Shown in pieces: positions 1 to 10,384 of a stretch of 64,000 nucleotides of DNA. The translations under genes were made by a program, and so were the position numbers. Under the pieces are notes generated by a model that searched no databases, was not told the DNA's origin, and saw only the letters and a list, made by a program, of their open reading frames with translations. Location: positions 186,001 through 250,000 of the IMG/VR virus record IMGVR_UViG_3300032268_000832; one strand, given 5' to 3'. Every line of letters starts with the position of its first letter. The first letter of the stretch is position 1.

Positions 1-58
1 AGAAGGGTGGACAGTTCCAGAGGACCCAGCAATCACTAAAGTTAAGGGTGATGAAGGA

Positions 59-574
59 ATGAATTACTATATGATTTATAGTGAAAAAAAAGGGATTGGG
101 ATTGATGAATTATTGTCTTTTGTTGATAAAACAATTAAATTAAATCTTGAAAGAGAAAAAAAACATGAATTATTAAGAGTTAAAGTTGAAGAACTTAAAA
201 AATTATTTAAAGAAAATTCATTAACAAAACTTTCTAGATTAAAATTTAGTTTTTCAGAAGAAGACATAGTGCCGTCTTTAGGTGAGTTTGATTTAAACAT
301 AGACGAAGATGTTGAACCACAAGACATCCAACCAAGTGAAAATTATCAAGAACCTATTATCTATACTTCTGAAATGATAGACAATATGGGTGTTGAAGAA
401 ATGTCTGAAACAATGACAACTCCACAATACTTAGATGAAAACGGAAAACCAATTCAATTTACAGAAGAAGAATTGGAAATGATGGAAGAAGAAGCGAGAG
501 CTGAAAGAAATCGAAAAATGTTTAAAAACAAAAAAAACGGGATGGCTAGCAAAATAGAGTTACCACCTAGATAA
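59..574 (+). CDS. hypothetical acidic protein, probably starts upstream of the window
   Basis: ORF track; followed by hairpin and T-run. Confidence 0.6.
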   Translation: MNYYMIYSEKKGIGIDELLSFVDKTIKLNLEREKKHELLRVKVEELKKLFKENSLTKLSRLKFSFSEEDIVPSLGEFDLNIDEDVEPQDIQPSENYQEPIIYTSEMIDNMGVEEMSETMTTPQYLDENGKPIQFTEEELEMMEEEARAERNRKMFKNKKNGMASKIELPPR

Positions 575-607
575 AAAAAAGCCTTAGAAATTTCTAAGGC
601 TTTTTTA
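573..607. terminator. bidirectional intrinsic terminator
   Basis: AAAAAAAGCCTTAGAAATTTCTAAGGCTTTTTT between convergent genes. Confidence 0.8.
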
Positions 608-622
608 ATTAAAACAATAACA

Positions 623-958
623 TTAAGAAAATGCTCTTTCAAGTAACTCTTGAAAAGTATGTATCAACCAGACTCCTCCAGCTGATAATAATCCGTTTAG
701 GAAAATCACTAAATAAAAATCGGTTACGCCCATAGAGCCAACAGGTGTTAAATCTGAATAACCAAAATAAATAAAAATGAACGATATCGCAAAACCCATC
801 CATGTACCTAAGCACATAAAACAAGTGAATAGTTTATGTAAACTATAACCACCAGTCCCATATTTACTTAAGAAATTTCTGAAACTTTCGAATAAAGACC
901 CATAAATTAAATTATTACATGCCCCATAACAAATCAGTAAAAAAACAATTGTATTCAT
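623..958 (-). CDS. small membrane protein (DUF1360-like, CxxC)
   Basis: hydrophobic helices, LFTCFMCLGTW motif. Confidence 0.55.
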   Translation of the reverse strand: MNTIVFLLICYGACNNLIYGSLFESFRNFLSKYGTGGYSLHKLFTCFMCLGTWMGFAISFIFIYFGYSDLTPVGSMGVTDFYLVIFLNGLLSAGGVWLIHTFQELLERAFS

Positions 959-1018
959 AATTTTTATTAAATATAAACATAATATATAAATTAGTCAATA
1001 TTTATAATAAAAAAAAAC

Positions 1019-1192
1019 ATGAAGAATTTTATAAAAAAATTACTTAGAGAAACCATAGATAGAATCATAAAATGTAAAAAATGTGGTTGGTCTTGGAAAG
1101 AATCTGAATCTTCAAAAGAAGATTTGTATGTTTGTCATAAATGTGGGTTTGATAATGAATCAAATTATATTGACAAAAACAAAAATAACTAG
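1019..1192 (+). CDS. 57-aa zinc-ribbon protein with IKKLLRE N-terminal motif (not in ORF track)
   Basis: manual translation MKNFIKKLLRETIDRIIKCKKCGWSW...VCHKCGFDN; ATATTTATA upstream. Confidence 0.7.
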   Translation: MKNFIKKLLRETIDRIIKCKKCGWSWKESESSKEDLYVCHKCGFDNESNYIDKNKNN

Positions 1193-1212
1193 TATATTTA
1201 ATAAAAAAAAAT

Positions 1213-1428
1213 ATGGACGATAAAATAATAAGTAGAGAACAGTCGTTGGCTGATAAAGATGTGTTGGTTGAAAAATATAAAACAGCACTTAAAAAAACAC
1301 AATTTATAAACGAAGTTAAAAACGGCCTTGGTGATGAGATTAAAAAGAACCCAAAACCTAAAGTGATTAAAAAAAGCTTCACATCAAAAATAATATCAGC
1401 AATAAAAAAAGTGTTTACTAAATTTTAA
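1213..1428 (+). CDS. hypothetical protein
   Basis: ORF track, co-oriented. Confidence 0.55.
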   Translation: MDDKIISREQSLADKDVLVEKYKTALKKTQFINEVKNGLGDEIKKNPKPKVIKKSFTSKIISAIKKVFTKF

Positions 1429-1429
1429 T

Positions 1430-1663
1430 ATGAACTTTGATAAATTAATTGAAACAGTTTCCGAAATATTCGAAAATGAGAAAATAGAAAAAAATGGTCT
1501 GGTGCTAACCTACCAATTACATCCAAAAGCCCACTTGTCGATGAACTTAGAATTACTACAAAAAACACAAGGTGTTAATACCAATTTTGAACCAGTTGAT
1601 GAATTTGAAGTTGAAATTAGTGGTATTTTAATAAAATTTGTTAAAAAAAATTACGAAGAATAA
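1430..1663 (+). CDS. hypothetical protein
   Basis: ORF track, co-oriented. Confidence 0.55.
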   Translation: MNFDKLIETVSEIFENEKIEKNGLVLTYQLHPKAHLSMNLELLQKTQGVNTNFEPVDEFEVEISGILIKFVKKNYEE

Positions 1664-1694
1664 AAAAAAGTAGTATATTTGCCAAAAATAATTA

Positions 1695-2294
1695 ATGGCA
1701 AAGACAAAGAAAATACTTGAAGACTTTGGTGATTACGATTATGTAGTCGGATTAGACGAGGTTGGTCGTGGAGCTGGCGCTGGGCCAGTTGTAACAGCAG
1801 CTGTGATAATGCCTAAGGGTTTTAAATCAGAACTAATAAGAGATAGCAAACAACTTACCGAAAAACAACGCAAAGACGCATACAAATTAATTATGGATAA
1901 TGCGATTGATGTTGTATGCGAAGCTGTCTCAGCCATTGATATCAACGAAATAGGTATCAACCCAGCAACATTCAAAGCAATGCACCTATGTTTAGATAAA
2001 CTAACCAAAACACCAGAACACATACTTGTGGATGGCACCGTATGGGAAAAATACTCAGATACGCCAGTAACAACAGTACCTAAGGGTGACGATACATACA
2101 CATGTATAGCAGCAGCTGCTATAGTAGCTAAAGTTAGACGTGATGAATACATGGGTAAAATACACAAACTACACCCACAATACGAATGGAGTGGTAATAA
2201 GGGTTATTTAAGTGCTGGACACATAGCCGCTATAAAACAATACGGCTCATGTAGGTATCATAGGACACAATATATAAAAAACTTTGTATCCTAA
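1695..2294 (+). CDS. rnhB: ribonuclease HII
   Basis: GLDEVGRG, DSKQL, LVDG, KGD and AAAAIVAKVRRD motifs. Confidence 0.95.
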   Translation: MAKTKKILEDFGDYDYVVGLDEVGRGAGAGPVVTAAVIMPKGFKSELIRDSKQLTEKQRKDAYKLIMDNAIDVVCEAVSAIDINEIGINPATFKAMHLCLDKLTKTPEHILVDGTVWEKYSDTPVTTVPKGDDTYTCIAAAAIVAKVRRDEYMGKIHKLHPQYEWSGNKGYLSAGHIAAIKQYGSCRYHRTQYIKNFVS

Positions 2295-2327
2295 ATCACT
2301 GAAAATCAACAAACAAAAAAATATTTT

Positions 2328-2380
2328 AAAAAAAGTTGCAAAAAAATTTGACACGGACTAAAAAACTTCGTATCTTTGCA
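2328..2380 (+). promoter_or_regulatory. strong host-type promoter (TTGAC...TATCTTTG)
   Basis: Bacteroidota -7 consensus TAnnTTTG; related blocks near 9118, 13057, 22780, 51895 and 53493. Confidence 0.7.
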
Positions 2381-2417
2381 TCACTGAAATAAATAATAAA
2401 CTTTAAAAACAAATATT

Positions 2418-3872
2418 ATGAGCACTTTATTAAAAGCTATGCAAACTAACAATTCTTTAACTGAAAACGGAATGACTACAAATTCAAGTTCTTTGAATTT
2501 ATGTGTTGATTTATTTTTTCAAATTGGTGCAATGAGAGGTCAAGATAAAACTAGACTTATCAATGTGTTTACCAAAGCTTTTGGTGAGAACCCGTTAAAC
2601 GCTATGCGTTTGCTTTTTTGGGCTCGTGATGTTCGTGGTGGTGCTGGTGAGAGACAAATTTTCAGAGACATAATTGAATATTTAGGTAAAAACCGTACAG
2701 AGGTTCTTGCTAAGAACTTACATTTGATTAGTGAGTTTGGTCGTTGGGATGATTTATTTATGATGATTGGAACACCTTTAGAAACACAAGCGTTAGGTTT
2801 ATATGCTGAAGGTTTGACTAGTAAAAATGGTTTAGCTGCAAAATGGGCTCCACGTCCAAATGTTGGTAATCGTGAGAAAAAAAGATGGGCAACCACTTTA
2901 AGAAAATATATGGGTATGTCACCAAAAGACTACCGTAAAATGTTAGTTGAAAATTCTAACACAGTTGAGCAATTAATGTGTTCTAGAGAATTCTCTTTAA
3001 TTGATTACTCTAAATTGCCTTCAAAAGCTATGAGTGATTACATGAAAGCGTTCTCTAAAAACGACTTAGCTCGTTTTCAAGAATACTTAACAAGTGTTGA
3101 AAAAGGTGAAACCAAAATCAATGCTGGTGCCGTATACCCATACGACATCATCAAAAACCTTAAACAAGGTAATACCAAAGGTGCTGATGTTCAATGGAAC
3201 GCGTTACCAAACTACATGGAAAACAACAACGAAAGAGTGTTGCCATTGGTTGACGTATCTGGTTCTATGGAAACACCAGCGGGTAGTAACGCTAATGTTA
3301 CTTGTATGGATGTATCAATCTCATTGGGGTTATACATTTCAGAAAGAAACGTTGGTCCATTCAAAGACGCGTTTATTACTTTCCACGAATCACCATCATT
3401 AGAAATAGTGAAAGGTAGTTTGTCAGAAAGATACCGTCAAATGGCACGTTCAAAATGGGGTGGTAGTACTAATTTAGAAGCAGCTTTCAAGTTGATTTTA
3501 AATAAAGCTGTTGCTTCTAATGTTGCACCTGAGGAAATGCCAACAATGATGTTAATCCTATCAGATATGGAGTTTGACTCTGCTGTAGGTAGTCGTTGGG
3601 GTGGTCAAGGTTCTTGGAACCCAACTGCTCAACAAATGATTGAAAAAATGTATAACGATGCTGGGTACGAAGTGCCAAAAATCGTTTTCTGGAACATTCA
3701 ATCAAGAGGTGATAACAACAAACCAGTTCACTTTGATAAAAATGGAACTGCGCTTGTATCTGGGTTCAGTCCAGCTTTACTTACCAACTTGTTGGCTGGT
3801 AAAGAAATGACACCATTAGCAATGATGATGTCAGTTATCGGCTCAGAGCGTTACGCTAGCGTAACTGTTTAA
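2418..3872 (+). CDS. DUF2828 family protein (TROVE/Ro60-like helical domain plus VWA domain)
   Basis: ARDVRGGAGER, GRWDDL, AAKWAPR; VWA MIDAS DVSGSM, GSTN, LSDMEFD. Confidence 0.85.
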   Translation: MSTLLKAMQTNNSLTENGMTTNSSSLNLCVDLFFQIGAMRGQDKTRLINVFTKAFGENPLNAMRLLFWARDVRGGAGERQIFRDIIEYLGKNRTEVLAKNLHLISEFGRWDDLFMMIGTPLETQALGLYAEGLTSKNGLAAKWAPRPNVGNREKKRWATTLRKYMGMSPKDYRKMLVENSNTVEQLMCSREFSLIDYSKLPSKAMSDYMKAFSKNDLARFQEYLTSVEKGETKINAGAVYPYDIIKNLKQGNTKGADVQWNALPNYMENNNERVLPLVDVSGSMETPAGSNANVTCMDVSISLGLYISERNVGPFKDAFITFHESPSLEIVKGSLSERYRQMARSKWGGSTNLEAAFKLILNKAVASNVAPEEMPTMMLILSDMEFDSAVGSRWGGQGSWNPTAQQMIEKMYNDAGYEVPKIVFWNIQSRGDNNKPVHFDKNGTALVSGFSPALLTNLLAGKEMTPLAMMMSVIGSERYASVTV

Positions 3873-3910
3873 TAAGGGTGAGGTGGGAAACTGCCTCATT
3901 TTTATCAAGA

Positions 3911-4065
3911 TTGTCATTGAAAGATGTATACCGCAAGCTATCTACAAATATTTATGATTCAGTACTTAGTTAATGTAGGTCTTCCCAGCAACCTCTAAAT
4001 TTATTTTTAATGTTGGGAAACTTCAAACAGGGTTTAGAAGTAAAAGCCCCAACATCTTGAGACAA
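3911..4065 (+). ncRNA. Y-RNA-like element copy 1
   Basis: terminal stem TTGTC..AAGATGT / ACATCTT-G-AGACAA then ATACCGCAA; directly after the DUF2828 gene. Confidence 0.55.
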
Positions 4066-4072
4066 TTAAAAT

Positions 4073-4101
4073 AAAACCTTCCATATATGGAGGGTTTTTT
4101 T
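4073..4101 (+). terminator. intrinsic terminator
   Basis: AAAACCTTCCATATATGGAGGGTTTTTTT. Confidence 0.8.
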
Positions 4102-4150
4102 GTTTTATATTATTTACATATTTTTTATTTTTCGGTATATTTAAAATAAA

Positions 4151-4393
4151 ATGAAAAAACTATTAATTAAAGAGGTAGACCGTTATTATAGTAGTAATAA
4201 AAAAGGTAAATATATTAGTGAATTTTTAATCTATGTTAAAATTGATGACCAAAATTTAAAATGTGAAACTGCTATTGGTGATAATGAAAAAAAAGAAATT
4301 GTTAACGAACTAATTTTAATACATTTTTACGATTACAACACAAAAGAAATCCTTAATTCAATAGAAGAAATAACATTATTTAATAAAAACTAA
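4151..4393 (+). CDS. hypothetical protein
   Basis: ORF track. Confidence 0.5.
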   Translation: MKKLLIKEVDRYYSSNKKGKYISEFLIYVKIDDQNLKCETAIGDNEKKEIVNELILIHFYDYNTKEILNSIEEITLFNKN

Positions 4394-4394
4394 A

Positions 4395-4733
4395 ATGGAA
4401 AACAACCACCCACTTATCCTAGTATTTTACTTGGACGCTGAAATGATGCAAAACCAACAAATTATTCAACCATTTGCCGAATCGGTAAATCATATGATTG
4501 AACAAAAAAATTCTAACATGATGGCATTCTTTTTACCAACTACTGGTGAAGAACGAGTAGAATGTATCAACCCAGTAATGCTTTCAGAACCAGATATGGA
4601 GAAAGTACAACAAATGATTAAAGAGATTCAAGAACAGTTTTCAGTAGGTGTTGATATGGATATTGAAGATATTGAAATTGAAAATAATCCATGCGAATGC
4701 GGTGGAGATTGTAATTGTGGTAAATATGAATAA
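4395..4733 (+). CDS. hypothetical protein with Cys-rich C-terminus
   Basis: ORF track; CECGGDCNCG tail. Confidence 0.6.
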   Translation: MENNHPLILVFYLDAEMMQNQQIIQPFAESVNHMIEQKNSNMMAFFLPTTGEERVECINPVMLSEPDMEKVQQMIKEIQEQFSVGVDMDIEDIEIENNPCECGGDCNCGKYE

Positions 4734-4914
4734 TCAAGATAAAGCAATAATATATGACAATTGTCTTAGAGAAAGTGATTCACTTCAAAGACAAAATTCT
4801 AAATTAAAATCTGAATATGCTGGTAATATACCAAATAATATTCAACAACAAATAGATAGAAATGATAAGAGAATAGCTGAGTTGGTAACAAAATTAGAAA
4901 ACTTATTTAAATAA
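4726..4914 (+). CDS. hypothetical coiled-coil protein
   Basis: ATG at 4726 within track ORF 4648..4914. Confidence 0.55.
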   Translation: MNNQDKAIIYDNCLRESDSLQRQNSKLKSEYAGNIPNNIQQQIDRNDKRIAELVTKLENLFK

Positions 4915-4942
4915 AATTAAACCCAGAAATTTTCTGGGTTTT

Positions 4943-5602
4943 TTAATGTAACGTACTTTGTCTTCGTATTTTAGGGTAAGGCCAACCTGTTTCATCATGT
5001 ATCACATCATATAATCTACCTATATTAGACTTAGTTGCTGTCCCCATAAATAAAAGACTTTTTATTTTTTGTTTTTTAGCTATTTTAGCAAGTGTATGGT
5101 GTAACCTTTGAGCTTCTTCTAAATTCTTACATAAAACCATATCAAATTGGTCCTCATTATATATTAACAATTTGTTATAAACAACTATGATTTGTTTAAC
5201 AGTTTTTTTAGAATGTGCGTTAAGCATAAGTCTTTTAACTATTTCACGTATTGTTGGTCTTTCACCGTTTTTATAACCAATACCATAAATCATAAATGTT
5301 TCTTCAAGCTCATAATCTTGAGATGTTAAAATAGTCCAATCACCCAAGGGTTCTTCAGTGTATAACTTACCATAACCATCTCTAAGGGTTCTAAATGTAT
5401 CACCCTCTTCAGTTGGTTTTGTCACAGCAATCTCGTATTTTACAGGTATAATTTTATTACTATTAACAAAACGTTTAGGAAACAAAACATTATTTTCTTC
5501 TTTTATTTTATGGTAACGTGTAAAAATAGTTTCTAGGGTTCTAGCTCTATGAATTGTCTTTTTATATTCGCCGTTACACAATAATACAACTCTATATGTC
5601 AT
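4943..5602 (-). CDS. hypothetical protein
   Basis: 219-aa ORF; terminator-like hairpin at 4919-4943. Confidence 0.7.
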   Translation of the reverse strand: MTYRVVLLCNGEYKKTIHRARTLETIFTRYHKIKEENNVLFPKRFVNSNKIIPVKYEIAVTKPTEEGDTFRTLRDGYGKLYTEEPLGDWTILTSQDYELEETFMIYGIGYKNGERPTIREIVKRLMLNAHSKKTVKQIIVVYNKLLIYNEDQFDMVLCKNLEEAQRLHHTLAKIAKKQKIKSLLFMGTATKSNIGRLYDVIHDETGWPYPKIRRQSTLH

Positions 5603-5657
5603 CTATTTGCATTTTTAATATAATTTAAGTATATTTGCTAAAAAATAAATACAAACT

Positions 5658-6689
5658 ATGAGCAAAAAAGATTATTATGAAGTTTTAGGTCTTAATAAGG
5701 CTGCTACTGCTGAAGAAATCAAAAAAACCTATAGAAAATTAGCAAAAGAACACCATCCAGATAAGGGCGGTGATGAAACACTATTTAAAGAAATTTCAGA
5801 AGCTTATGAAGTTTTATCTGATAAAGATAAAAAAGCCAAATACGATAGATTTGGTCATTCTCATGATAATATAGGTGGGTATGATGATATGCAAAATGGT
5901 TTCCATGATATGTTCAGTCAATTTTTTAGACAAAAACAAGCTAGAGAACGCGTTGGTGAAAATATGACCTTAACTGTAAAATTAACACTAGAAGAAATTT
6001 TTACAGGTGTTAAAAAGAAATATAACTACAATAGAAATGTTTCTTGTACTGACTGTTCTGGACATGGTGGTTCTGAACCACAAGAATGTTCTACATGTAA
6101 TGGAAGTGGTCAGATTAGACAAGTCACTAGAACACCTTTTGGTTTTATGGAAAACATAAATGATTGTCATGTTTGTAGTGGTACTGGAACAACTTTTAAA
6201 AACGAATGTAAAACTTGTAGTGGTAGTGGTTTAGTAAAAAAACAAGAACTAGTTGAAGTAGACATACCAACTGGAATCCAAGATGGTATGGCATTTGTTA
6301 TGGGTGGTAAAGGCCATGGTGTTAAAAGCGGAAGAGAAGGTGATTTAATTATACGAATATCCGAATTACCACACGAAAAATTCACTAGAGTTGGTTCGGA
6401 ACTAAAATTAAAACTTAAATTAGAATACCATCAGTTGGTATTGGGTGATAAAGTTGAAATAAACACCATAGAAGGTGGTAAAATTAGAATACCAATATCA
6501 GAATACAGTCAAATTGGGCAAAACCTTAAAATACCGTTTAAAGGTCTCAGAGAGCTAAATACAGACAAACGTGGTGATTTAATTGTTACTTTGGATGTGA
6601 ATATACCAAAAACTCTAGATGATAGCTTAAAAGCTATTATAATCGATTTAAAAGAAGAGTACGAAAAAAAACAAACGGAAAGTTTGTAA
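5658..6689 (+). CDS. dnaJ: DnaJ chaperone
   Basis: J domain with HPD, four CxxCxGxG repeats, C-terminal domain. Confidence 0.95.
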   Translation: MSKKDYYEVLGLNKAATAEEIKKTYRKLAKEHHPDKGGDETLFKEISEAYEVLSDKDKKAKYDRFGHSHDNIGGYDDMQNGFHDMFSQFFRQKQARERVGENMTLTVKLTLEEIFTGVKKKYNYNRNVSCTDCSGHGGSEPQECSTCNGSGQIRQVTRTPFGFMENINDCHVCSGTGTTFKNECKTCSGSGLVKKQELVEVDIPTGIQDGMAFVMGGKGHGVKSGREGDLIIRISELPHEKFTRVGSELKLKLKLEYHQLVLGDKVEINTIEGGKIRIPISEYSQIGQNLKIPFKGLRELNTDKRGDLIVTLDVNIPKTLDDSLKAIIIDLKEEYEKKQTESL

Positions 6690-6750
6690 ATTAGAATATT
6701 AATTAGTATTTTTGTAAAACAATAACATTATATAAAATTTTTTAAAAACA

Positions 6751-7176
6751 ATGGCTAGATACGAAGAACCATTTGAAGACACAACAGACTTGTATACTAA
6801 ACACATAGAAAGAGCAGGTCTATCTAATTTCATTAACATTACTGTGTTAACTAACAATAAAGCTAAAGACGTTTACAAGGTAAACAAAGCTAACGAATTG
6901 TTAAAATACAGAACTGGTGATGATATCATCATCGTTATCAACGAAAACGTCTTAGATAAACTTGATGACGCTGATAAAGAAATGGTGATTGAAGAATCTA
7001 TTTCTTCAATCCACTATAACACTGAAAAAGACAGAATTGAGATTTCTAAACCAGACGTTGTTACGTTTAGTGGTATTTTATCTAAACACGGTTTCGATAA
7101 ATGGAATCGAGTTAGAGAAACTATAAGTTTGTTATTCGAATCAGAAAAACAAACAGAGGCAGAAAACGCTGAGTAA
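6751..7176 (+). CDS. hypothetical phage protein
   Basis: ORF track; TAnnTTTG promoter upstream. Confidence 0.65.
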   Translation: MARYEEPFEDTTDLYTKHIERAGLSNFINITVLTNNKAKDVYKVNKANELLKYRTGDDIIIVINENVLDKLDDADKEMVIEESISSIHYNTEKDRIEISKPDVVTFSGILSKHGFDKWNRVRETISLLFESEKQTEAENAE

Positions 7177-7472
7177 TGTTCAAAGAACAGATTGCTGAAA
7201 TAAACCCAGAAGCGTTATTAGTTGATGGGTTTGACGAAGCTATTATAGGCATGGCCGAGAGAATAAATCTCGGCCCTGTTGTTGCCTATGACGTAGAAAA
7301 AATAATCGAAATACTTGCTAAAGACATGGAAGTTGATATTGACGACATTACGGATGGTCAATCAATTGAAGAAGTTCAAATTAGTATGGCTTACGAATAT
7401 TTTTATTTTAATATCCAAGGAGCTTGGATGGGTGACTACACACCAATTTTTATTAGTAAACTACAAAATTAA
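7176..7472 (+). CDS. hypothetical phage protein
   Basis: DGFDEAIIG...AYEYFYFNIQGAWMG resembles a recurrent phage family. Confidence 0.65.
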   Translation: MFKEQIAEINPEALLVDGFDEAIIGMAERINLGPVVAYDVEKIIEILAKDMEVDIDDITDGQSIEEVQISMAYEYFYFNIQGAWMGDYTPIFISKLQN

Positions 7473-7477
7473 ATAAA

Positions 7478-8173
7478 ATGAATTACGCACAAGAATTTAA
7501 AGATTACGCTATCAAACACATGGGTATTAGCTCATGTCAATTTCAAGCATGGGAAGATGTTCAAACTAGAATATATGGTCCATCAGCTTCACTAACACCT
7601 TACATCTTAGAAGAAAGAGAATTGCGTGTTACACAAATGGATATTTTTTCCAGACTTATGATGGATAGAATCATTTGGTTAGCTGGACCTGTTAACGATA
7701 GAATGAGTACTGTTGTTCAAGCACAGTTAATGTTCTTAGACAATTTAGAAGTTAAGGATGTTACGTTACATGTTGATACACCAGGTGGGTCAGTAAAATC
7801 AGGTCTTTCAATCGTTGATGTAATGAACTATGTTTCATCTGATATCATTACAGTAAACACTGGTATGGCTGCAAGTATGGGTAGTATCTTATTAGGTGCT
7901 GGTACCAAAGGTAAACGCTTCACATTACCAAATAGTAGAGTAATGTTACACCAAGTATCAACAGGTGCCCAAGGTAACATTCAAGATATCAGACGTTCAA
8001 TCGCTGAGGGTGAAAAATATAACACAACATTATTTAACATGCTTGGAGAATTTACTGACAAAACACCAGAACAAGTTCTTAAAGATGCTGAAAGAGATTT
8101 TTGGATGAATGGTGAAGAAGCGTTGGCTTATGGTATTGTTGATGGTGTTATAACAAACAAAAAGAAAAAATAA
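7478..8173 (+). CDS. clpP: ATP-dependent Clp protease proteolytic subunit
   Basis: DIFSRLMMDRII, TPGGSV, AASMGS, MLHQ, ERDFWM. Confidence 0.95.
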   Translation: MNYAQEFKDYAIKHMGISSCQFQAWEDVQTRIYGPSASLTPYILEERELRVTQMDIFSRLMMDRIIWLAGPVNDRMSTVVQAQLMFLDNLEVKDVTLHVDTPGGSVKSGLSIVDVMNYVSSDIITVNTGMAASMGSILLGAGTKGKRFTLPNSRVMLHQVSTGAQGNIQDIRRSIAEGEKYNTTLFNMLGEFTDKTPEQVLKDAERDFWMNGEEALAYGIVDGVITNKKKK

Positions 8174-8291
8174 TTATAAATAAACTTGCATTTTATAAAA
8201 AATGTTAGTATATTTGTAAAAAGATTTAGGATATGCGGGTTTTTTAATGTGTGCCCGCATATTTATAAATCACAAGTTCTTAGAAAAATAT

Positions 8292-8642
8292 GGGGTTGGT
8301 TGGTTTTGATTGGGTATAGTCGTAAACTGTAAGCATGTAGTGCTAGATTGGAAGCACTTTAATCTGTCTATTAAACATTGAATTGACAACGATTTTATCG
8401 TATCTGAAAATTTCCTTGATGAAGCTGTAATGGTTTCTAACGGAGAGTTAGCAGTAGCTTAAAACTGCAAATAGTGGTAATCCACTTGATAGTGATAATT
8501 CACTAAATAATGGTACACCATTCATCTTTATTATTGGATGCCATCGATAATATATTCTGGCGCTAGAAGAAAAATTGTAGCTAAACATGTAGAAAACATT
8601 TGAAGAATACTCAAGACGCGGGTTCGATTCCCGTCAGCTCCT
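8292..8642 (+). ncRNA. ssrA: tmRNA; tag ORF 8385-8462 DNDFIVSENFLDEAVMVSNGELAVA*
   Basis: GGGGTTG/CAGCTCC acceptor with G3-U70, GACGCGGGTTCGATTCCCGT T arm, tag ending AVA-stop. Confidence 0.9.
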
Positions 8643-8787
8643 CGAGTACTTTTTTGGGTGTATTAGGTTAATTCTTATTATACTCAACTCTTTAAAAAGA
8701 TTCAGTTAATTTTACCGAAAACATACTGAAATAAAAACCCCTAGTAAATTGTCGCTTACTAGGGGTTTAACTTTTTAATGCAATACC

Positions 8788-8829
8788 TTATTTTTTAGGT
8801 GGTTTGCATCCACATCCTTTGTTTTTCAT
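8788..8829 (-). CDS. putative 13-aa microprotein MKNKGCGCKPPKK
   Basis: manual translation; ATATTTATA motif upstream on the minus strand (about 8863-8871). Confidence 0.35.
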   Translation of the reverse strand: MKNKGCGCKPPKK

Positions 8830-8890
8830 AGTACTAATTATTTAATGAAGTGTTATAACAATTATAAATATCTTATAAAAAATATTAATT

Positions 8891-9115
8891 ATGTTTTTCG
8901 ATAAAAAATATACTGTCACATTCCTAAATAGTAAATGGGAAATTGTAAAATCTAATGTCAAATTAATCTCAATTCCACAAAGAAACGAATATATTTACAT
9001 TAATAATAAATATTACGATGTTATCAACGTGATTCATTCGATTGATAAAACACATAAAATACATATTGTTATAGAAGAAACTGAGGAAAAATATGATTTA
9101 AATAAAAAAAAATAA
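8891..9115 (+). CDS. hypothetical protein
   Basis: ORF track. Confidence 0.55.
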   Translation: MFFDKKYTVTFLNSKWEIVKSNVKLISIPQRNEYIYINNKYYDVINVIHSIDKTHKIHIVIEETEEKYDLNKKK

Positions 9116-9197
9116 AAAAAGTTGTAAAAAAACTTGACATGAGTCGAAACTTTTAGTATCTTTGCATATATTTATTACAATACGTTCTTAAACAACA

Positions 9198-9408
9198 TAT
9201 CTAAAAAGATGATTTCTGCAAACAGATATCTACAACTATGAGAAGGAGTAACTAGTCTCCATCGGACATTACTGACAACATTGAAATACCATGAGTCGCT
9301 ATTGTCACACGAAAGTGAAAAAAACTGGGAGTGTTGTGAGGACACTTTAAATCTACTACCGTGAGCACGTTAGTCACGTAAAACAAAGCGAACTATCATC
9401 TTGAGATA
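9198..9408 (+). ncRNA. Y-RNA-like element copy 2
   Basis: TATCT-AAA-AAGATGAT / ATCATCTT-G-AGATA stem then TTCTGCAA; promoter directly upstream. Confidence 0.6.
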
Positions 9409-9415
9409 ACTTATA

Positions 9416-9494
9416 TGGTTAAAGAATCTTTTCAGCAAACTAAAACTCTATTTTTAATTTGATAAAAAACACAGAAAAAAAGAGATTCTGACCA
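9416..9494 (+). ncRNA. Y-RNA-like element copy 3
   Basis: TGGT-TAA-AGAATCT / AGATTCT-G-ACCA stem then TTCAGCAA. Confidence 0.6.
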
Positions 9495-9497
9495 AAA

Positions 9498-9579
9498 GTG
9501 GTAGAAGTTAAGTCTTTATCTGAAAGATTGCCTTAAAAAGCATTTTCTAGGATAGCTGGTTCATAGCCAGCCTACCGCA
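9498..9579 (+). ncRNA. degenerate tRNA-like RNA
   Basis: acceptor GTGGTAG/CTACCGC and T arm GCTGG-TTCATAG-CCAGC; non-canonical D and anticodon arms. Confidence 0.5.
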
Positions 9580-9586
9580 CTAACAT

Positions 9587-9659
9587 TGCGGGGTAGAGCA
9601 GTAGGTAGCTCGCAAGGCTCATAACCTTGAGGTCGTCCGTTCGAGTCGGGCCCCCGCTA
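9587..9659 (+). tRNA. tRNA-Met(CAT), initiator-like
   Basis: cloverleaf, loop CTCATAA, 1:72 mismatch. Confidence 0.9.
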
Positions 9660-9717
9660 CTGGAGACTTTTTTGTACTTTTCAGTTTTCTGAGATATTTA
9701 TTATTAAAGAAATTGAA

Positions 9718-10377
9718 ATGGCAAGAAAAGAAAAAAACATACACTACATTTATAAAACAACGTGTAATATAACAGGACGATGGTACATCGGAATGCATAG
9801 CACGTATAACTTAGAAGATGGTTATATAGGTAGTGGTAAAACATTAAGACGTTCTATTAGAAAATACGGTAAAGAAAATCACACAAAAGAGATTCTAGAA
9901 TTTTTAGAAAATAGAGAAGAATTAGCTAAAAGAGAAAAAGAAATTGTTAATAAAGAATTAATTTCAGATTCCAAATGTATGAATTTGGCTCTTGGTGGTG
10001 AAGGTGGTGGTTTTATCAATGAAGAACATATGTTTAAATGTGTTAAAGCTGGTAGAAAAAAAACTGACGAAGTTTTAAAAGAAAAGTTCGGTGGTGATGA
10101 AAACTGGTTAAGTAGATTCAATTCTCATGTTAATAAAATAGCTTGGGAAAATGAAGAATACAGACAGAATAAATTAAAAAATCTAGATTGGACTGGTAAA
10201 AATCATGCTGAAGAATCTAAACGTTTAATCTCTGAAAAAAGAAAAGGTACTGGTATTGGTGAAACAAATAGTCAATACGGTACGTGTTGGATAACCAGAG
10301 ACGGTGCTAACAAAAAGATAAAAAAAGAAAACCTTGAAACTTATCTGAACGAAGGTTGGGTTAAGGGTAGAAAATAA
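9718..10377 (+). mobile_element. GIY-YIG homing endonuclease (Seg-like)
   Basis: YIYKTT...WYIGMH...YIGSG, NUMOD3-like GKNHAEESK; sits between two tRNA-Met genes. Confidence 0.85.
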
Positions 10378-10384
10378 AATACAT

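Noticed and set aside
9238-9255. Mini-ORF MRRSN as a fourth attenuator leader
   Set aside because: It starts ATG AGA but has no Met-rich run matching the downstream tRNAs and no clear terminator-antiterminator pair.
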